DNA of 63,257 bases, the filler included, from Nemertoderma westbladi (lineage: Eukaryota; Animalia; Xenacoelomorpha), in assembly GCA_032718475.1 (NCBI GenBank). It is 3 parts of 3 records of this genome, joined end to end, with 100 filler letters (N's around TTAATTAATTAA, not from the genome) between each part and the next. Parts side by side here need not be neighbours in the genome. Positions count along the whole stretch, not along the records: positions 1 to 27,810 come from JAUCBJ010007846.1; 2 more parts are not named here. One strand, given 5' to 3'. Under the pieces are notes generated by a model. That model was not told the origin of the DNA, did no database searches, and saw only the letters and a program-made list of their open reading frames with translations. Every line of letters starts with the position of its first letter. Positions within the stretch are counted from its first letter, which is position 1. A program made the position numbers and the translations under genes. This document shows positions 1-12,653 of this stretch, in pieces.

Positions 1-595
1 TGTCGGGTTATTTCTCGTTATTCCAATATAATAATTCATCAACAAATATAATGAATAACCGACAACAAATAGCAGTATGCAATATTCACAAAGCCAGTTA
101 TGCAGTACTGCAGTATGCAGTGATTACGAAATTGCAGAGTGTTTGTTTCGTCAGTTAAAGGATATATGTCCTTGTAATTAAACCTACTAGTGTTGAGCTA
201 AAAAGCAGAAAGCACAAAACACTAAAAAGCCGTTCTTTCGTGGCTTTGAAAAACTCGTGACTACTGCTCTATACGAGGATACCAACTCCCTTATTCCACG
301 AAGCTCCCGTTCAACACAGAGAAAGAGCAGTGAGATAGGAAATTTTCAGTTCAGTACTCTGTGATTGGTCAAAATCAAGGCTAACTCAAAATTCTATTGG
401 GAGATACAAAAACAAGGCTATGACGCAACCTCCCTAGGCTTGTTGGCCGATTAAACAGAGCCCAGATGCCTGCGTACAGCAAATCAGCCAATAAGCTGGT
501 AACTTGCACTATTTTTAGCTGTAGATCACTTTGAGAGTATTCTTAGCGACTGGGGGGGAACTGGCCAACAAGGCAAACGAATCAGTTATCCCACA
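1..595. mobile_element. Putative LTR (solo or terminal) abutting a BEL/Pao gag fragment
   Basis: Starts TGTCGGGTTA and ends TTATCCCACA (TGT...ACA, 7/10 inverted match); several CCAAT/ATTGG boxes; similarity to the BEL gag of copy 2 starts only at ~606. No partner LTR in the window, and position 1 is the window edge. Confidence 0.4.
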
Positions 596-605
596 AAAGC
601 TTTTA

Positions 606-2958
606 CAGTTATCCCCAATGGTATATCTGAAGCAACGAAGGACAACAGGCCGGACAGGCGGACCGCACCCAACGGGAGAATCTGTACAACATCCTTTGAA
701 CCCATTGGAAGCACAGGCAATGGGAATGGCTATGCTAATCGATGCGCTCAAAACCAGAATCGAGCTACCACCCATAGAGCCATTTAAATTCAACGGAAGT
801 AGGCTGGAAGAATACCTGCAATTCCGGCGCATGTACAGCAACGAGATATAAACTAAGAACCTGACGCAGTGCCAAAAATATCTACAGGTATACACAGGAG
901 GCCCAGCGTACGACATCGTGAGGCAGTATCAGGGCATCGAGGGCGGCTTCACAACTGCATGGCGGGCCCTAGACAGGGAATACGGACACCCAGCCAAGAT
1001 CATCCGGCAGACCCTAAGGGGGATAACATCAGGTGGCCTACAGGATAACCCTGTTAGCATAAAGACCTTCGCGACCAAGGTTGAAAAGGCGTTAATCGTG
1101 CTGAAAACGCTAGACGCGCCATACGAACTCAACGCATCTAATAATATCACCACGATAGTGCAGGCACTGCCAATCTGGCTGCGCAATAAATGGAGAAAGA
1201 TCGCCTTCTCCACCCGGGAGAAGAAAGGTGCGGAACCGGGCTTAGAGGAAATGTCGAACTTCCTCAACTACGAAGCAGAGTTAATCACGGACCCAGTCTA
1301 CAGCGAGGATAGTCTGGGGAAGGCGCCGAGGGCCGAGTACAACAGGCCGAAGCCAGAGCATAACGCGGCAAATGCGTTGCCAAAATTAAGACAATCCCTA
1401 CCATACGCGGCGACACAGGGGACTGCAAGTCCACAGATAGCTGGAAGTGGGTCCAGACTGTGGCACGAACAGGGACAAAATAACAACATGAACAAATATA
1501 ACCCCAACACACCCAGTAGGCCAAACTCAAATAACCAAAACACTAAACCGGTAGACGTAAACCTACGCGCAATACATGTAGGGTTATATAGGGAATGTTA
1601 CAACCCAGAATACAAATGTCAATTGCATAAAGACAGAACCCATAAGACCATGGACTGTAAGCATTGGCAGGCATTACCCGAACAAGAACAAAAAGCCTAT
1701 GCGGATAAGAATGGAATTTGTCACCGATGTGTGATAGGAGGACACAAGGTTGAAGAGTGTAAGGAGACACCAGTAAGATTCGGTCAAGGCAAACGTCAAA
1801 CAATGGTGACAAGCACCATATGGGCGAAGAAAAGAGGAACGGTACTACTCGGGGTAGTACCAGTGAGGGTGATAGGGGAAGGCGGTCGATCAGTAACCAC
1901 GTTGATGCTGGTCGACAGTGGAGCATCCTTCACATTGGTGGAGAATTGGGTGGCCGAAGAGATAGGACTAAAGACGAGGCCAAGTAGGATGGCGGTAACA
2001 ACCATCTCCAGCAAAGATTAGGTCCTGGAGATGAGGACGGGACGGTGTGAGATAGCAGCGATAGCACCGGGATGCGATTATGGGGCGACCATCGACCCCA
2101 TCCAGGTAATAGAATCGATCAACATCAATGCCAGGCGACCAACCAACATCGAGGTCGAACAATACAGATTCCTGGACAACATCGATTTCTCGATACCGGA
2201 GGTGGACGTCAGAAAGGTATCCATCATAGTGGGAATGGATTGCCCGAGGGCCCACGAGAGAATGCAAACGGTCTTCGGCGAAGACAGACAGCGTGACCCG
2301 GTGGCAATTCCCACACCATTCGGTGGACGCTAACCGGCCCAATCAAAACCAATAATCCATTCAGTGTGTCCGAGACTTCAGGGTGCATGGTGCCAGGGAC
2401 TGTTGAGGAGGTAGAGGAGAAACCAGAGACGGGCGATGGGGGGAGACAAGAAATCGCCTCCGCTTTGCAGGACATTGCTTTCGCCGTGAGGACCAGCCTG
2501 TGCATAATCTTGTACTTTGGCAGCCTCATGGAGTGAATAAGCATGGTGGACAGCCCATGACTTTCTTGAGAAGCATCTTAAAAGACACTGGCCTTGAAGA
2601 TGCGGATGATCTAGCAAATGTCATGGGTGATAGGGAGTTGTGGCAGTGCAATTTTGTTGACAAGCCGGCACAGCATTCATAAAAATGCAGCTGCAAAGCA
2701 GCATGCCGATCCTAGTAGTAGTAGGGGGAGACAGCTAGAAGTGGAAGCAACTAGAGGCGATGGGATGGAACTAGGATGTTCCTGGCAAGTATCGTTGTGA
2801 GGGTGGAGGAGAGTGGACGGCGAGATCTCCGGAGGAGTGTCTGGAGGAGTGTCCGGAGGAGACGCCGGTCCGGTTAAGAGGGATACCGAAAGGGAGGTCG
2901 AGTAAGAAGACAAGGTGGAAAGGGAGAGGATGTGAGAAGATTAGACCAGGGGCAGAGA
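606..2958 (+). mobile_element. BEL/Pao LTR retrotransposon copy 1, decayed gag-protease fragment
   Basis: ORFs 531-851, 918-2021 and 2031-2333 are collinear with ORF 5223-8534. Gag-like FNGSRLEEYLQFRR, knuckle CHRCVIGGHKVEEC, protease LVDSGASFT; interrupted by stops/frameshifts and by an RTE fragment at 2451-2724. Confidence 0.9.
2451..2724 (+). mobile_element. RTE-like LINE family A, 5'-truncated 3' end
   Basis: Nearly identical to 48468-48740; (TAG)4 tail at 2713-2724; flanked by GGGGGAGACA direct repeat (2439-2448 and 2724-2733), a TSD. Confidence 0.9.
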
Positions 2959-5181
2959 CTACTACTACTAGGTCGAGCGAACTCGGACAGTGGAAATGAG
3001 ATCCTTCCAGGCTTCCCGATTCTCCATAGTTGTCGCAATTTCGTTTCTCCCAAGTTCAGTATCCCTTTCAAGTTGATCTATATATGTTATGGCAGGTCGT
3101 CCACGACTACGCTTTCCATGAGTTGGTTGCCAGAGAAGTAGATCTGGTATGACCTCGTCTTTACTTCGCCAGCAGTGCCCACTGAATCTTAATCTGCGTT
3201 CACGGAGGGTGGTTGATACAGGTGGTATTGTACCATAAAGCTCGGCGTTTGTCATGTGTTGTCTCCAGCTGATGTTTAGGGCTGCCCTTAGTAGTCTTGT
3301 GTAGCAACCATCAATTCGTTGTTCAAGTGATTTAGTCAGTGTCCAGGTCTCACCCCCGTATAAAAATACACTTTCCACTGTGGCTCGAAAGAACTTAGTC
3401 TTCAGGTGCCTGGAGAGATCTGATTTCCAGATGGTATCCATTTTTGATAGAGCTACCCAAGCCTTTGCTTTCCTTACTTCTATGTCCTTTTTGCTACTCT
3501 CTATCCATGATCCAAGGTACTGGAAGTCATCGACCTTCCTTAGTTGATTATTATCAATGGTTGTCAAGTTTCCATCAACATTAAAGGTCATGAATTCGGT
3601 CTTGGTAGAATTTATATACAATCCAACCTCCTTAGCAGCCCTCTCCACTTTATTTAGTAGAAGCTGTGCATCTGCTAGCGTATTAGAGAGCAGGGCGATG
3701 TCATCCGCAAAGTCGGTGTCTGTGACTGTAGTTGCCGGATATCTACTACTTCTACGTTCTTGAAGTGTGAATCCCAGATCTTCACCCTTTGTGGCCGTCC
3801 TCATTGCGTAATCCAGCACAATTACAAATAGTAATGGTGCTAATGTGTCACCTTGCAGTACGCCAGCCAGGATTGAGAAAAACTCAGTTTCACCATCTGG
3901 TGAGAGTACCTGCGCTTCTGTGTCACAATATAACAATCCAATGCCAGCAACAATTACTTCTGGTATTCCATAAGCTCTTAGGATTTCAAGCATTTTACCT
4001 CTATGGATGGAGTCGAATGCCTTCTTGAAGTCCACAAAAGTCATGACTGCGGGGAGATTCTTTGACTTAATTCCTTCAATCAGTCTCCGTAGTGCAAGTA
4101 TCTGAGCTATTGTTGATCTACTTGGTCGAAATCCGTTTTGGCTCTTACGCAGTAGTTTCTCTATGTGAGGCCTAATCCTATATAAAATCATTTTATTGTA
4201 TATTTTGGCAGCTACCACAAGCAGACAGATCCCACGATAGTTTGTTGGTATGCCGAGGTCTCCTTTCTTGGGGAGAGGCTTTAGTTGACCTTTAGTCCAA
4301 ATTGGTGGTGGCTTTTCCCCTTTTAACATCCGGTTGCAAACATTCAATAATGGTCTATTTAGCACTCCGGTTTTCCATACCTCCGCTGGGATATCATCTA
4401 ATCCACTCGCTTTATTATTGGACATGCTTTTAATGCTTCTTTGGAGTTCGGCTGGTGTGAAGTCCCCTGTTTCTATAGGTAGTGTCTTGTCATATATTTT
4501 CCTTGTAGGGCTGACCTCGATGTTTGGTGGCTGCCCAAGCAAGTTGCTGAAATGATTTTTCCACTTCCCAACACGTTCTTTAGGACTATCGGCTTTGAGG
4601 CGCCCCTTTGCACAACTTTTCTGACCAGATACCTCATTTACAGTTTGCCAGGTAAGTCTTGATTGGTGCTGTATGTGAGCAGTTGTAATTGCTTCAGTTT
4701 TATCCTGTATGTACTTTTCCTGGCTGATGTTGTAGGCCAATTTAAGATCGTCCTTAGCTTTCTCAACCTTGTTAATGTTTTCAGTTGTTGGTTGTTCGGT
4801 TTTAACTTTGTAGGCTATCTTAAGATCTTCTCTCTTACAAGTAACCTCAGAGTTTTGCCATGGCACATACTGTTTTCGTTTAGGTTTCTGGGGGATATGC
4901 CTCTTAGCTGATTCCTTGTGGGCTGTTATTATATTCTGGTATATTGAATCGGTGGACTGGTCTTCATCCATTGACTGAAGTGCTTCAAAGCGGTTTTGAA
5001 CTTCTACTGTATAAGCATCCCTTACAGCATTGTCAGTTCTGAGTTTCTCCCAGTCATAGTTGATTTGCTTGCTTGTCCTGGGTTTGCTGGCTCTCAAACT
5101 GAGTCTGATCTCTGCAGTGACAATTCTGTGGTCCGAACCAATTAGGTTGAACGAGCTGTATGCCTCGCAGTTGATCATGGA
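2959..5181 (-). mobile_element. RTE-like LINE family B, 5'-truncated, intact RT ORF
   Basis: Part of ORF 2968-5523: end of APE domain (GSDHRIV), WKNHFSNLL, PLPKKGD, NYRGICLL, QNGFR, FVDFKKAFDS, GVLQGDTLAP, FADD, YLGS. No C-terminal Zn knuckle; (TAG)4 tail 2959-2970 whose first TAG is the stop codon. Confidence 0.92.
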
Positions 5182-5509
5182 ATATTGGTTTTGATTGGGC
5201 CGGTTAGCGTCCACCGAATGGTGTGGGAATTGCCACCGGGTCACGCTGTCTGTCTTCGCCGAAGACCGTTTGCATTCTCTCGTGGGCCCACGGGCAATCA
5301 ATCCATTCCCACTATGATGGATACCTTTCTGACGTCCACCTCCGGTATCGAGAAATCGATGTTGTCCAGGAATCTGTATTGTTCGACCTCGATGTTGGTT
5401 GGTCGCCTGGCATTGATGTTGATCGATTCTATTACCTGGATGGGGTCGATGGTTGCCCCATAATCGCATCCCGGTGCTATCGCTGCTATCTCGCACCGTC
5501 CCGTCCTCA
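5177..5509 (-). repeat. Inverted duplication of BEL copy 1 segment 2032-2360
   Basis: Reverse complement matches 2032-2360, including the copy-1-specific 1-nt deletion (CCATTCGGTGGACG vs CCATTCGGGTGGACG in copy 2); differs by a 4-bp GATT duplication and a few substitutions. Confidence 0.9.
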
Positions 5510-8500
5510 AACGGTACCAGCACAGCAGCATGACTACAGCATGCAAGGACATAACATATACCCAGGGGAGGGGAGAATTATTGCGGATAGGTGTATGGGC
5601 CCCAATATATTAACATCAACCCCAGTACCAAACATACCGGGGGGGGGGGGGGGGGGGCAGGGTGACATTCCCCCATCACAATATCAACAATATACCCCAA
5701 TAGGAGTAAGAACATCGAACCCCTTGGACGAGAATAGATCGTGCGACACAGAAATATGGAGAGGGCCGCTACCCCCTATGATATATCCAAGTCAGAGGAA
5801 AGCGACAGATAGGACGAACGGACCGCACCCAACGGGAGAACCTATACAGCACCCATCGAACCCATTGGAAGCGCAAGCGATGGGGATGGCCACGTTAATC
5901 GATGCACTAAAGACCAGGATCGAGTTACCACCCGTGGAACCATTCAAAGTCGATGGAAGTAGGCCGGAAGAATACCTACAGTTTCGGCGCACGTATAGTA
6001 ATGAAATATTAACAAAGAATTTGATGCAGGCGGAGTGCCTAAAGTATCTGCAAGTATATACAGGGGGCCCAGCATACGACATCGTGAGGCAATACCAAGG
6101 CATTGAGGGCGGCTTCACGACGGCATTAGACAGGGAATATGGGCACCCGGCCAAGATCATCCGGCAGACCCTGGGAGGTATAACATCGGGTGGCCTACAG
6201 GATAACCCCGTTAGCATAAAGACATTCGCTAACAAAGTCGAGAAGGCGTTAATCGTGCTAAAGACGCTGGACGCACCATACAAACTCAACGCGTCTAACA
6301 ATATCACTACGATAGCGCAGGCACTACCGATTTGGCTGCGCAATAAGTGGAGGAAAATTGCTTTCTCCACTCGAGATAAGAAGGGTGCGGAACCAGGTTT
6401 AGAAGAGATGTCGAGCTTCTTAAACTATGAAGCTGAACTTATAACGGACCCAGTCTATAGCGAGGATAGCCTGGGAAAGGGACCAAAGACCGATTATCAC
6501 AGGCCGAAACCAGAGCACAACGCGTCAAACGCATTGCCAAAGCTCAGACAGTCACTGCCGTACGCAGCAACGCAGGGGACTACCAGTCCACAAGTAGCCG
6601 GGGGTAAGACCACATCATGGAACGAACAGGGGAAAAATAACAACACAAATAAACATAACCCCAGCACGCCCAGTAGGCCGAACCCAAACAATAAGAATAG
6701 TAGGGACTTTGGTACAAATATAAGTGCGATATGTAACGCACTTTATAAGGATGGCTACAACCCAAAGAGCAAATGCCAACTACATACAAATGCACTTCAT
6801 CAGACCATGAACTGCAGGTATTGGCAAGCGCTGCCCAGGGAAGATCAGGTAGAATACGCGAGAAGAAATGAAGTCTGCTCGCGATGTGTGATGAGTGGAC
6901 ATAGAGCTAACCAATGCAAAGAAACGCCAATTAAGTTCGGTCCGAGTAAAGGACAGACAATGGCAACGAGCACCGTAGTAGCGAGGAAGAGAGGAACGGT
7001 ACTATTAGGGGTAGTACCAGTAAGGATAATCGGGGAAGGCAATCGATCAGTAACCACACTGATGCTGGTCGACAGTGGTGCAGCCTTCACCTTAGTAGAG
7101 GATTGGGTGGCCGAAGAGATAGGATTGAGAACGAGGCCAAGTAGAATGGCAGTAACAACCATCTCCAGCAAAGATGAGGTTCTGGAGATGAGGACCGGAC
7201 GGTGCGCGATAGCAGCGATAGCACCGGGATGCGACTATGGGGCGACCATCGACCCCATCCAGGTGATAGAGTCGATAAATATTAACACCAGGCGGCCAAC
7301 CAACATCGAGGTCGAACAATATAGATTCCTGGACAGTATCGACTTCTCAATCCCAGAGGTGGACGTCAGGAAGGTATCCATCATAGTAGGAATGGACTGC
7401 CCGATGGCCCACGAGAGAATGCAAACGGTCTTTGGCGAAGACAGGCAGTGTGACCCGGTGGTGATATTAACACCATTCGGGTGGACGCTGAGTGGCCCAA
7501 TCAGAAGTAAGATACCATTTAGGATGTCGGAGACATCAGGATGCATGTATGCGGGAACTATGCGAGAAATGGGAGATGAGGGAGTGGAGGAGCAGCTCAG
7601 GAGACTGCTCAGGCAGGATTTTGAGGGATTAAAGGAGACTGGGGTCGGAACTTCGGTAGAAGACAAGCAGGCTTTACAAAGTGTAAAGGAATCGATGACA
7701 TGCGATGAGGGGCGGTATACCATAGGAATGGTATGGAAGCTACCGAAGCTACCGTTACCCGACAATAAAGGGATGGTACTCACGAGGCTTCGTAAGTTGA
7801 AGCAGACGCTAAAACGGAGCCCCGAGAAGAATGAGTACATTCACAAGACAATCAGAAAGTATGTCGAGAAAGGATGGGCCGTGGAGTTACCGGTCGACAA
7901 TCCAAACACGGACAGGACCTATTACCTGCCACTCCACGTGGCTCTAGACCCGAAGAAAGGTAAACTGCGGATGGTAGTTGACGCATCGGCCAAGACCAAC
8001 GGCAAATGCCTAAACGATTATCTGCTGGAGGGTCCCAACATCTACAACTCAGGGATCGAGGTCCTACTCAGATTCAGGAATGGTAAACACGCTTTCACCT
8101 GCAACATCGAAGGCATGTTCAACCAAGTCCGTGTAACGGAAGAGGATAGCGACAGCCAGCGCTTCCTATGGTACCACGGCGGTGAGGAACCGTCGACCAT
8201 ACCAATGTATAAGATGATAGTACAGAATATGGGAGCCAAGTCATCATCGTTTACAATGACTATGGCCGTAAGAGACACGGTAGAAGGGAAGGAAGATAAA
8301 TTCAGCGCCAAAGCCGTCAATATGATTCGACGAGGTTTCTATGTAGACGACGGGATGGAGTCTGGAAATACGGTTAAGGAACTACTGGACACGGGGCGCG
8401 AGGTTCGCGACATCCTAAAAGGATCCGGGTTCAACCTAACCAAGTTCCAATCCAGCTCGCAAGTGTTCATGAAAACCATAGAGGACAGGAGGCCAGAGTC

Positions 8501-10953
8501 GACCATGGATAATCCCACGACAGCCAAGGGATAGGACATGGTGAACAAGAGAGTGGAGTCCCAGCAGAAGGCACTAGGGATCGTGTGGAACCGAGAGACA
8601 GACGAGTTAAAATACCAGTTGAGCCAGGAGGGCGCAGGTATCCACACAAAGAGGGGCTATGTGTCGTATATAGCGAGGATATACGATCCCCTAGGCCTAG
8701 CATCCCCATTACTAGTCACGGGGAAACAGATACTCAAGAGAGTGTACAAATTAAAGGACGAGTGGGACACAGAGATCCCGGAAGAGATTAGCAAGCAATG
8801 GAGCAAGTGGACAGAGAGTTTAGAGCAGATGGGAACATACAGCATGCCACGTGTATGTTTCCCGGATGGGGACATGACGAATCTGGATTTACACATGTTC
8901 TCCGATGCGTCATTAGAGGCATACGGAGCGGCACTCTACTTAGTACAACGAGAGGGGGCTTACAAGCCCAGACTCGCATTCAGCAAAGCGAAGTCGACGC
9001 CACCAGATTCAGCATCAGTTCCAAAAACTCGAGTTGACAGCTGCGAGATCAGGAGTTAGGGCCACAGCCTACTTAGTGGACGCTATTCCCAACATAGTGG
9101 AAACACACTACTGGACAGATTCCATGGTAGTGCTTGGTTGGCTACATAACGAAAGGACGAGATACCCTATATTCGTCGCAAATAGGGTGGATGAAATAAG
9201 GGCAACCACAGAGTTAGGAAGGTGGCACTACTGCCCAACGGACGAGAACCCAGCGGACTTGTTATCGAGGGGCGTGGCACGCCACACTTTCTTGAAGAAG
9301 GAAGTATTGTGGCAGCATGGGCCGCAATTTCTGAACGATAAGACAGCCTGGCCGCCGATGAGAAAGGTGGACCCGGGCGCAGAACAAGTAGCGTTAGAGG
9401 AGGAGGGAGTAGATTCAGAAGGTGAGGAGATATACAGCCAGATGGTGAGGGAGATAAGGGACGTGCAACCGAAACCGGAAGAACTGTGCGATAACCCAAC
9501 GGACAAACTCCTTAGCTACAGCTCTAGCTGGTATAATACCAAGAAGTTAGTGGCGTACTGGAGAGCCTTCGGGGACTTCCTTAGGGGAATCGGTAGAGAT
9601 ACAAAGGGTAAAATAACCGTCGATCTGGTGGGGGCGGCCAAAGCCGTCATCCGCTACGAACAGAGGAAGAACTACGGCGACGAGGTCGAATGCGTCGGTA
9701 AACAACAGCATCTCCGACGGGACAGCGAGCTGATCGCACTGTCACCACAACTCAATGATGACGGGATCCTAGTAATGAACTCTAGGGTGTTGAACAATAA
9801 CAGTATTGTCATCCCACCAAAGCCCATCATCATTCCCAATGGATCACCGATAGTCCATCAGATCATCTGGGACTCCCATAAGTCGATATTGCACGGGGGC
9901 ACCAACCGAACCCTCACGGAGATACGAAGCACCTTTTGGGTCAAACAGTTGAGAAAGAAGGTAAAGGCGGTAGTGGGGCAGTGCCAGACCTGCCGACGAG
10001 CTAAGAAGGAGCGGGCCATACAGGAAATGGCGCCACTACCGGCCAGTAGAGTAAGACAGCACGACCCGCCATTTACGCATTGCGGTGTGGATGTGTTCGG
10101 GCCGATAAAGATCAAGGTGATGCGGCACACGGAGAAGCGCTATGGCATCATCTTCGTATGTAACAACACACGGGCGGTAGGGATAGAACTCGCCCAAGAT
10201 GCAACCGCATCAGCATTCATTAATGCTCTAGAAAGGTTCAGAGACCGCAAAGGTGGGATGATTGCAGTAATATATTCTGACAGCGGAACCAACTTTGTGG
10301 GGGCGGAGAACGAGATGGCGGATGCCTTGGATATCCTGGAAGGGGAAGAAGTCAGGGCTGCCATGAGAAGACAACAGGTGAAGTGGGAGAGGAGGATGCC
10401 ATATGCTCCGCATACTCTAGGATGCGTCGAGAGACTAGTGGGTAGTTCCAAGTGTCTGATGACGAAATTGATGAACACCCACATGGTAACAGAGGACGTG
10501 CTGAGGACAGTACTAGCAAAGTGCGAGGGTATCATTAATAGCAGACCGCTATATCCAGAAAATGATGACCCGGAGTCATTAGACGTGCTGACGCCTAGTC
10601 ACTTTCTAATGGAGAGGCCAGCGACCATCGACATGCGGGGTGTAGACCCAGACGATATACACTCCCGACAGAGTTGGAAAGTCGCTAAAGCGATAAGCGC
10701 AGAGTACTGGAGGAGGTGGGTCGAGGAATATCTACCCACGCTCCATAGGAGAAGCAAGTGGAGGAACACGAACAGAGAGCTAAAGGAGGGTGATCTGGTG
10801 ATCGTCACAGACGATACCATCATCAACAACCAATGGCGGTTGGCGAGAGTTGTGGGCACTTACTCCGACGAGGACGGAAGAGTCCGATCGGTAGAAGTGC
10901 GGATAGGTGGGAAGATAGGAGCGAAAGATAGAAAGACCTATAGAGGGCTGTAG
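5510..10953 (+). mobile_element. BEL/Pao LTR retrotransposon copy 2, gag-PR-RT-RNaseH-IN, one in-frame stop and one frameshift
   Basis: Protease LVDSGAAFT; RT YYLPLH...LRMVVDAS...CLNDYLLEGP...YVDD; RNase H FSDASLEAYG and WTDSMVVLGW; integrase HxxxxH...CQTC, GVDVFGP, SDSGTNFVGA, VERLV. Stop at 8532-8534, frameshift near 9000-9059. Confidence 0.95.
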
Positions 10954-11018
10954 GCAAATGCTGCCTACTAGAGGGAGCACCTTAGACGAGTAGAGTTTAG
11001 TCGTCCAAGTTTTGGACT

Positions 11019-11507
11019 GAGGGGGGTGGGATTGAGGGCGAGACGCCCTTCCCACACATAAAATATAAAAAAAATAATAATAATAAATAAAGAAAGAGTA
11101 GGTAGGCAGATGGAAGTTAGCAAGAGTTAGGCAGATAGTAAGAGTTAGTAGTTAGAGGTTACATAGTACCGTTAGTTAGCTAAGTAGTTAGAGGGTACGT
11201 AGTACCGGTTAGTTAGTTAGTAGAGTTAGAGTTAGTAAGAGGGTACGTAGTACCGGTTAGTTAGTTGGAGAGAGTTAAAGTTAGTAAGAGGGTACGTAGT
11301 ACCGTTAGTTATTTGGAGAGAGTTAGAGTTAGTAAGAGGGTACGTAGTACCGGTTAGTTAGTTAGTGGAGTTAGAGTTAGTAAGAGGGTACGTAGTACCG
11401 GTTAGATAGTTAGTGGAGTGTTATAGTCCCAGACAAAGTTAACCAGTCAGCATAGTTGTTCACGTGCTGCTCGAAGTCCCAGGATAGATAAAACAATAGG
11501 CCTAACA
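11019..11507 (+). mobile_element. Polypurine tract and putative 3' LTR of BEL copy 2
   Basis: GAGGGGGGTGGGA (11019-11031) lies just after the integrase stop, followed by TG at ~11033; segment ends ...CCTAACA at 11507; AATAAA inside. Confidence 0.6.
11150..11420. repeat. ~49-bp tandem repeat (about 5 copies) inside the putative LTR
   Basis: Unit approx. GAGGGTACGTAGTACCGGTTAGTTAGTTAGTAGAGTTAGAGTTAGTAA, repeated. Confidence 0.9.
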
Positions 11508-12404
11508 ATAACGGATGAGTGAGTTAAACCGATAAGAAATAATGTATTCTGATTCAATTATTAATTGATTAAAAATTATTAATTAATTATTCAATTATTA
11601 CTGTATTAGTCTTACTCTATATAGTCATGTATTTAATGTTAAAACAGATTTGAATTTACCGCCAAAATATAGGCCCCTGATACGTGGCAGATCTGATCTG
11701 CCACCTTTTCCAGTACAAATTACATGTGTTTTCAATCATTTGAAGTTCCCGCGCTATGGAGCATGGTGGCACCTTTTAGGGACTTGTCCTGTGTCGAAGT
11801 CTGGAAGTGGAATTCGATTCACCCCTTTGCCCTTGACAGCTTGACATAATTTTGATATTCGCCCCATTACATTATTACTGCATTAGATCTGTCTATTTGC
11901 TGAGAGTACAGCTGTACAGTACCGGACCGGCAGACCGGTACATTGCATTGTATAGTGTATACTGTCAGACTGTATATAGTCCTCCCTCAGATCTATGGAC
12001 TTATTATTTGACTGACCTGAACTGACTAATACTGTAATAGAGATATGTCATTGTGCCGAAATACTTAGGCAGTTATGCCTATATACTTTTAATTGAATTA
12101 CCGGTATTATCGGTCAGTCATATGATTATCAGATTATAGTACCGGTACTGAAGTAGGACAGTAGGAGTAGCTAGGTACCGGCAGGTATACCGGCAGACCG
12201 GTAGGTATCCTATCCTACCATGCCATCAATTGCCATTTAGATTATTGTTAACTAGCTATATGTCATGACATGATATAATTTGATTCATGATTGCTGATAT
12301 ACTGATATACCTGCAGACCTGAAGAAATATCGGAATCAATAAGATTAAATTAGCTAAATTGAATTTCCAGACAACTGGACAATCCAATAAATTGAACTAC
12401 CGGT

Positions 12405-12653
12405 ATGGATAAAGATAAACCTGTCCGTCGCCAAGATATGAGTTACTTGCAATGGATATATTGGCAGTACAGTTTGGTTATTCCGGTATACATGTTAGAG
12501 AGATGGGAGGCCCGGTTGTTTAACAGTCTGCTACTCATTGTGTTATGTATGTTCATCTACACAACCTGTGTCTTTCTTCCGGTCTATATTCAGGGAACTT
12601 GGAACTTTTTTGCTGCATATTTCAGTGAAAGAACTCACCATTCAGATCTATGA
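12405..12653 (+). CDS. SPTSSA: Serine palmitoyltransferase small regulatory subunit (ssSPT, SPTSSA/B family), single coding exon
   Basis: 82 aa with W-x-Y-x-Q-Y...YMLExWE...FNS followed by a hydrophobic helix and YT..VFLP, like ssSPTa/b. Met in YMLE is ssSPTa-like. Candidate 5'UTR splice acceptors at ~12317 and ~12370. Confidence 0.9.
   Translation: MDKDKPVRRQDMSYLQWIYWQYSLVIPVYMLERWEARLFNSLLLIVLCMFIYTTCVFLPVYIQGTWNFFAAYFSERTHHSDL

Noticed and set aside
5223-5509. N-terminus of the 1103-aa ORF as true gag start
   Set aside because: It is the antisense reading of the inverted BEL fragment; real gag similarity starts after ~5510.
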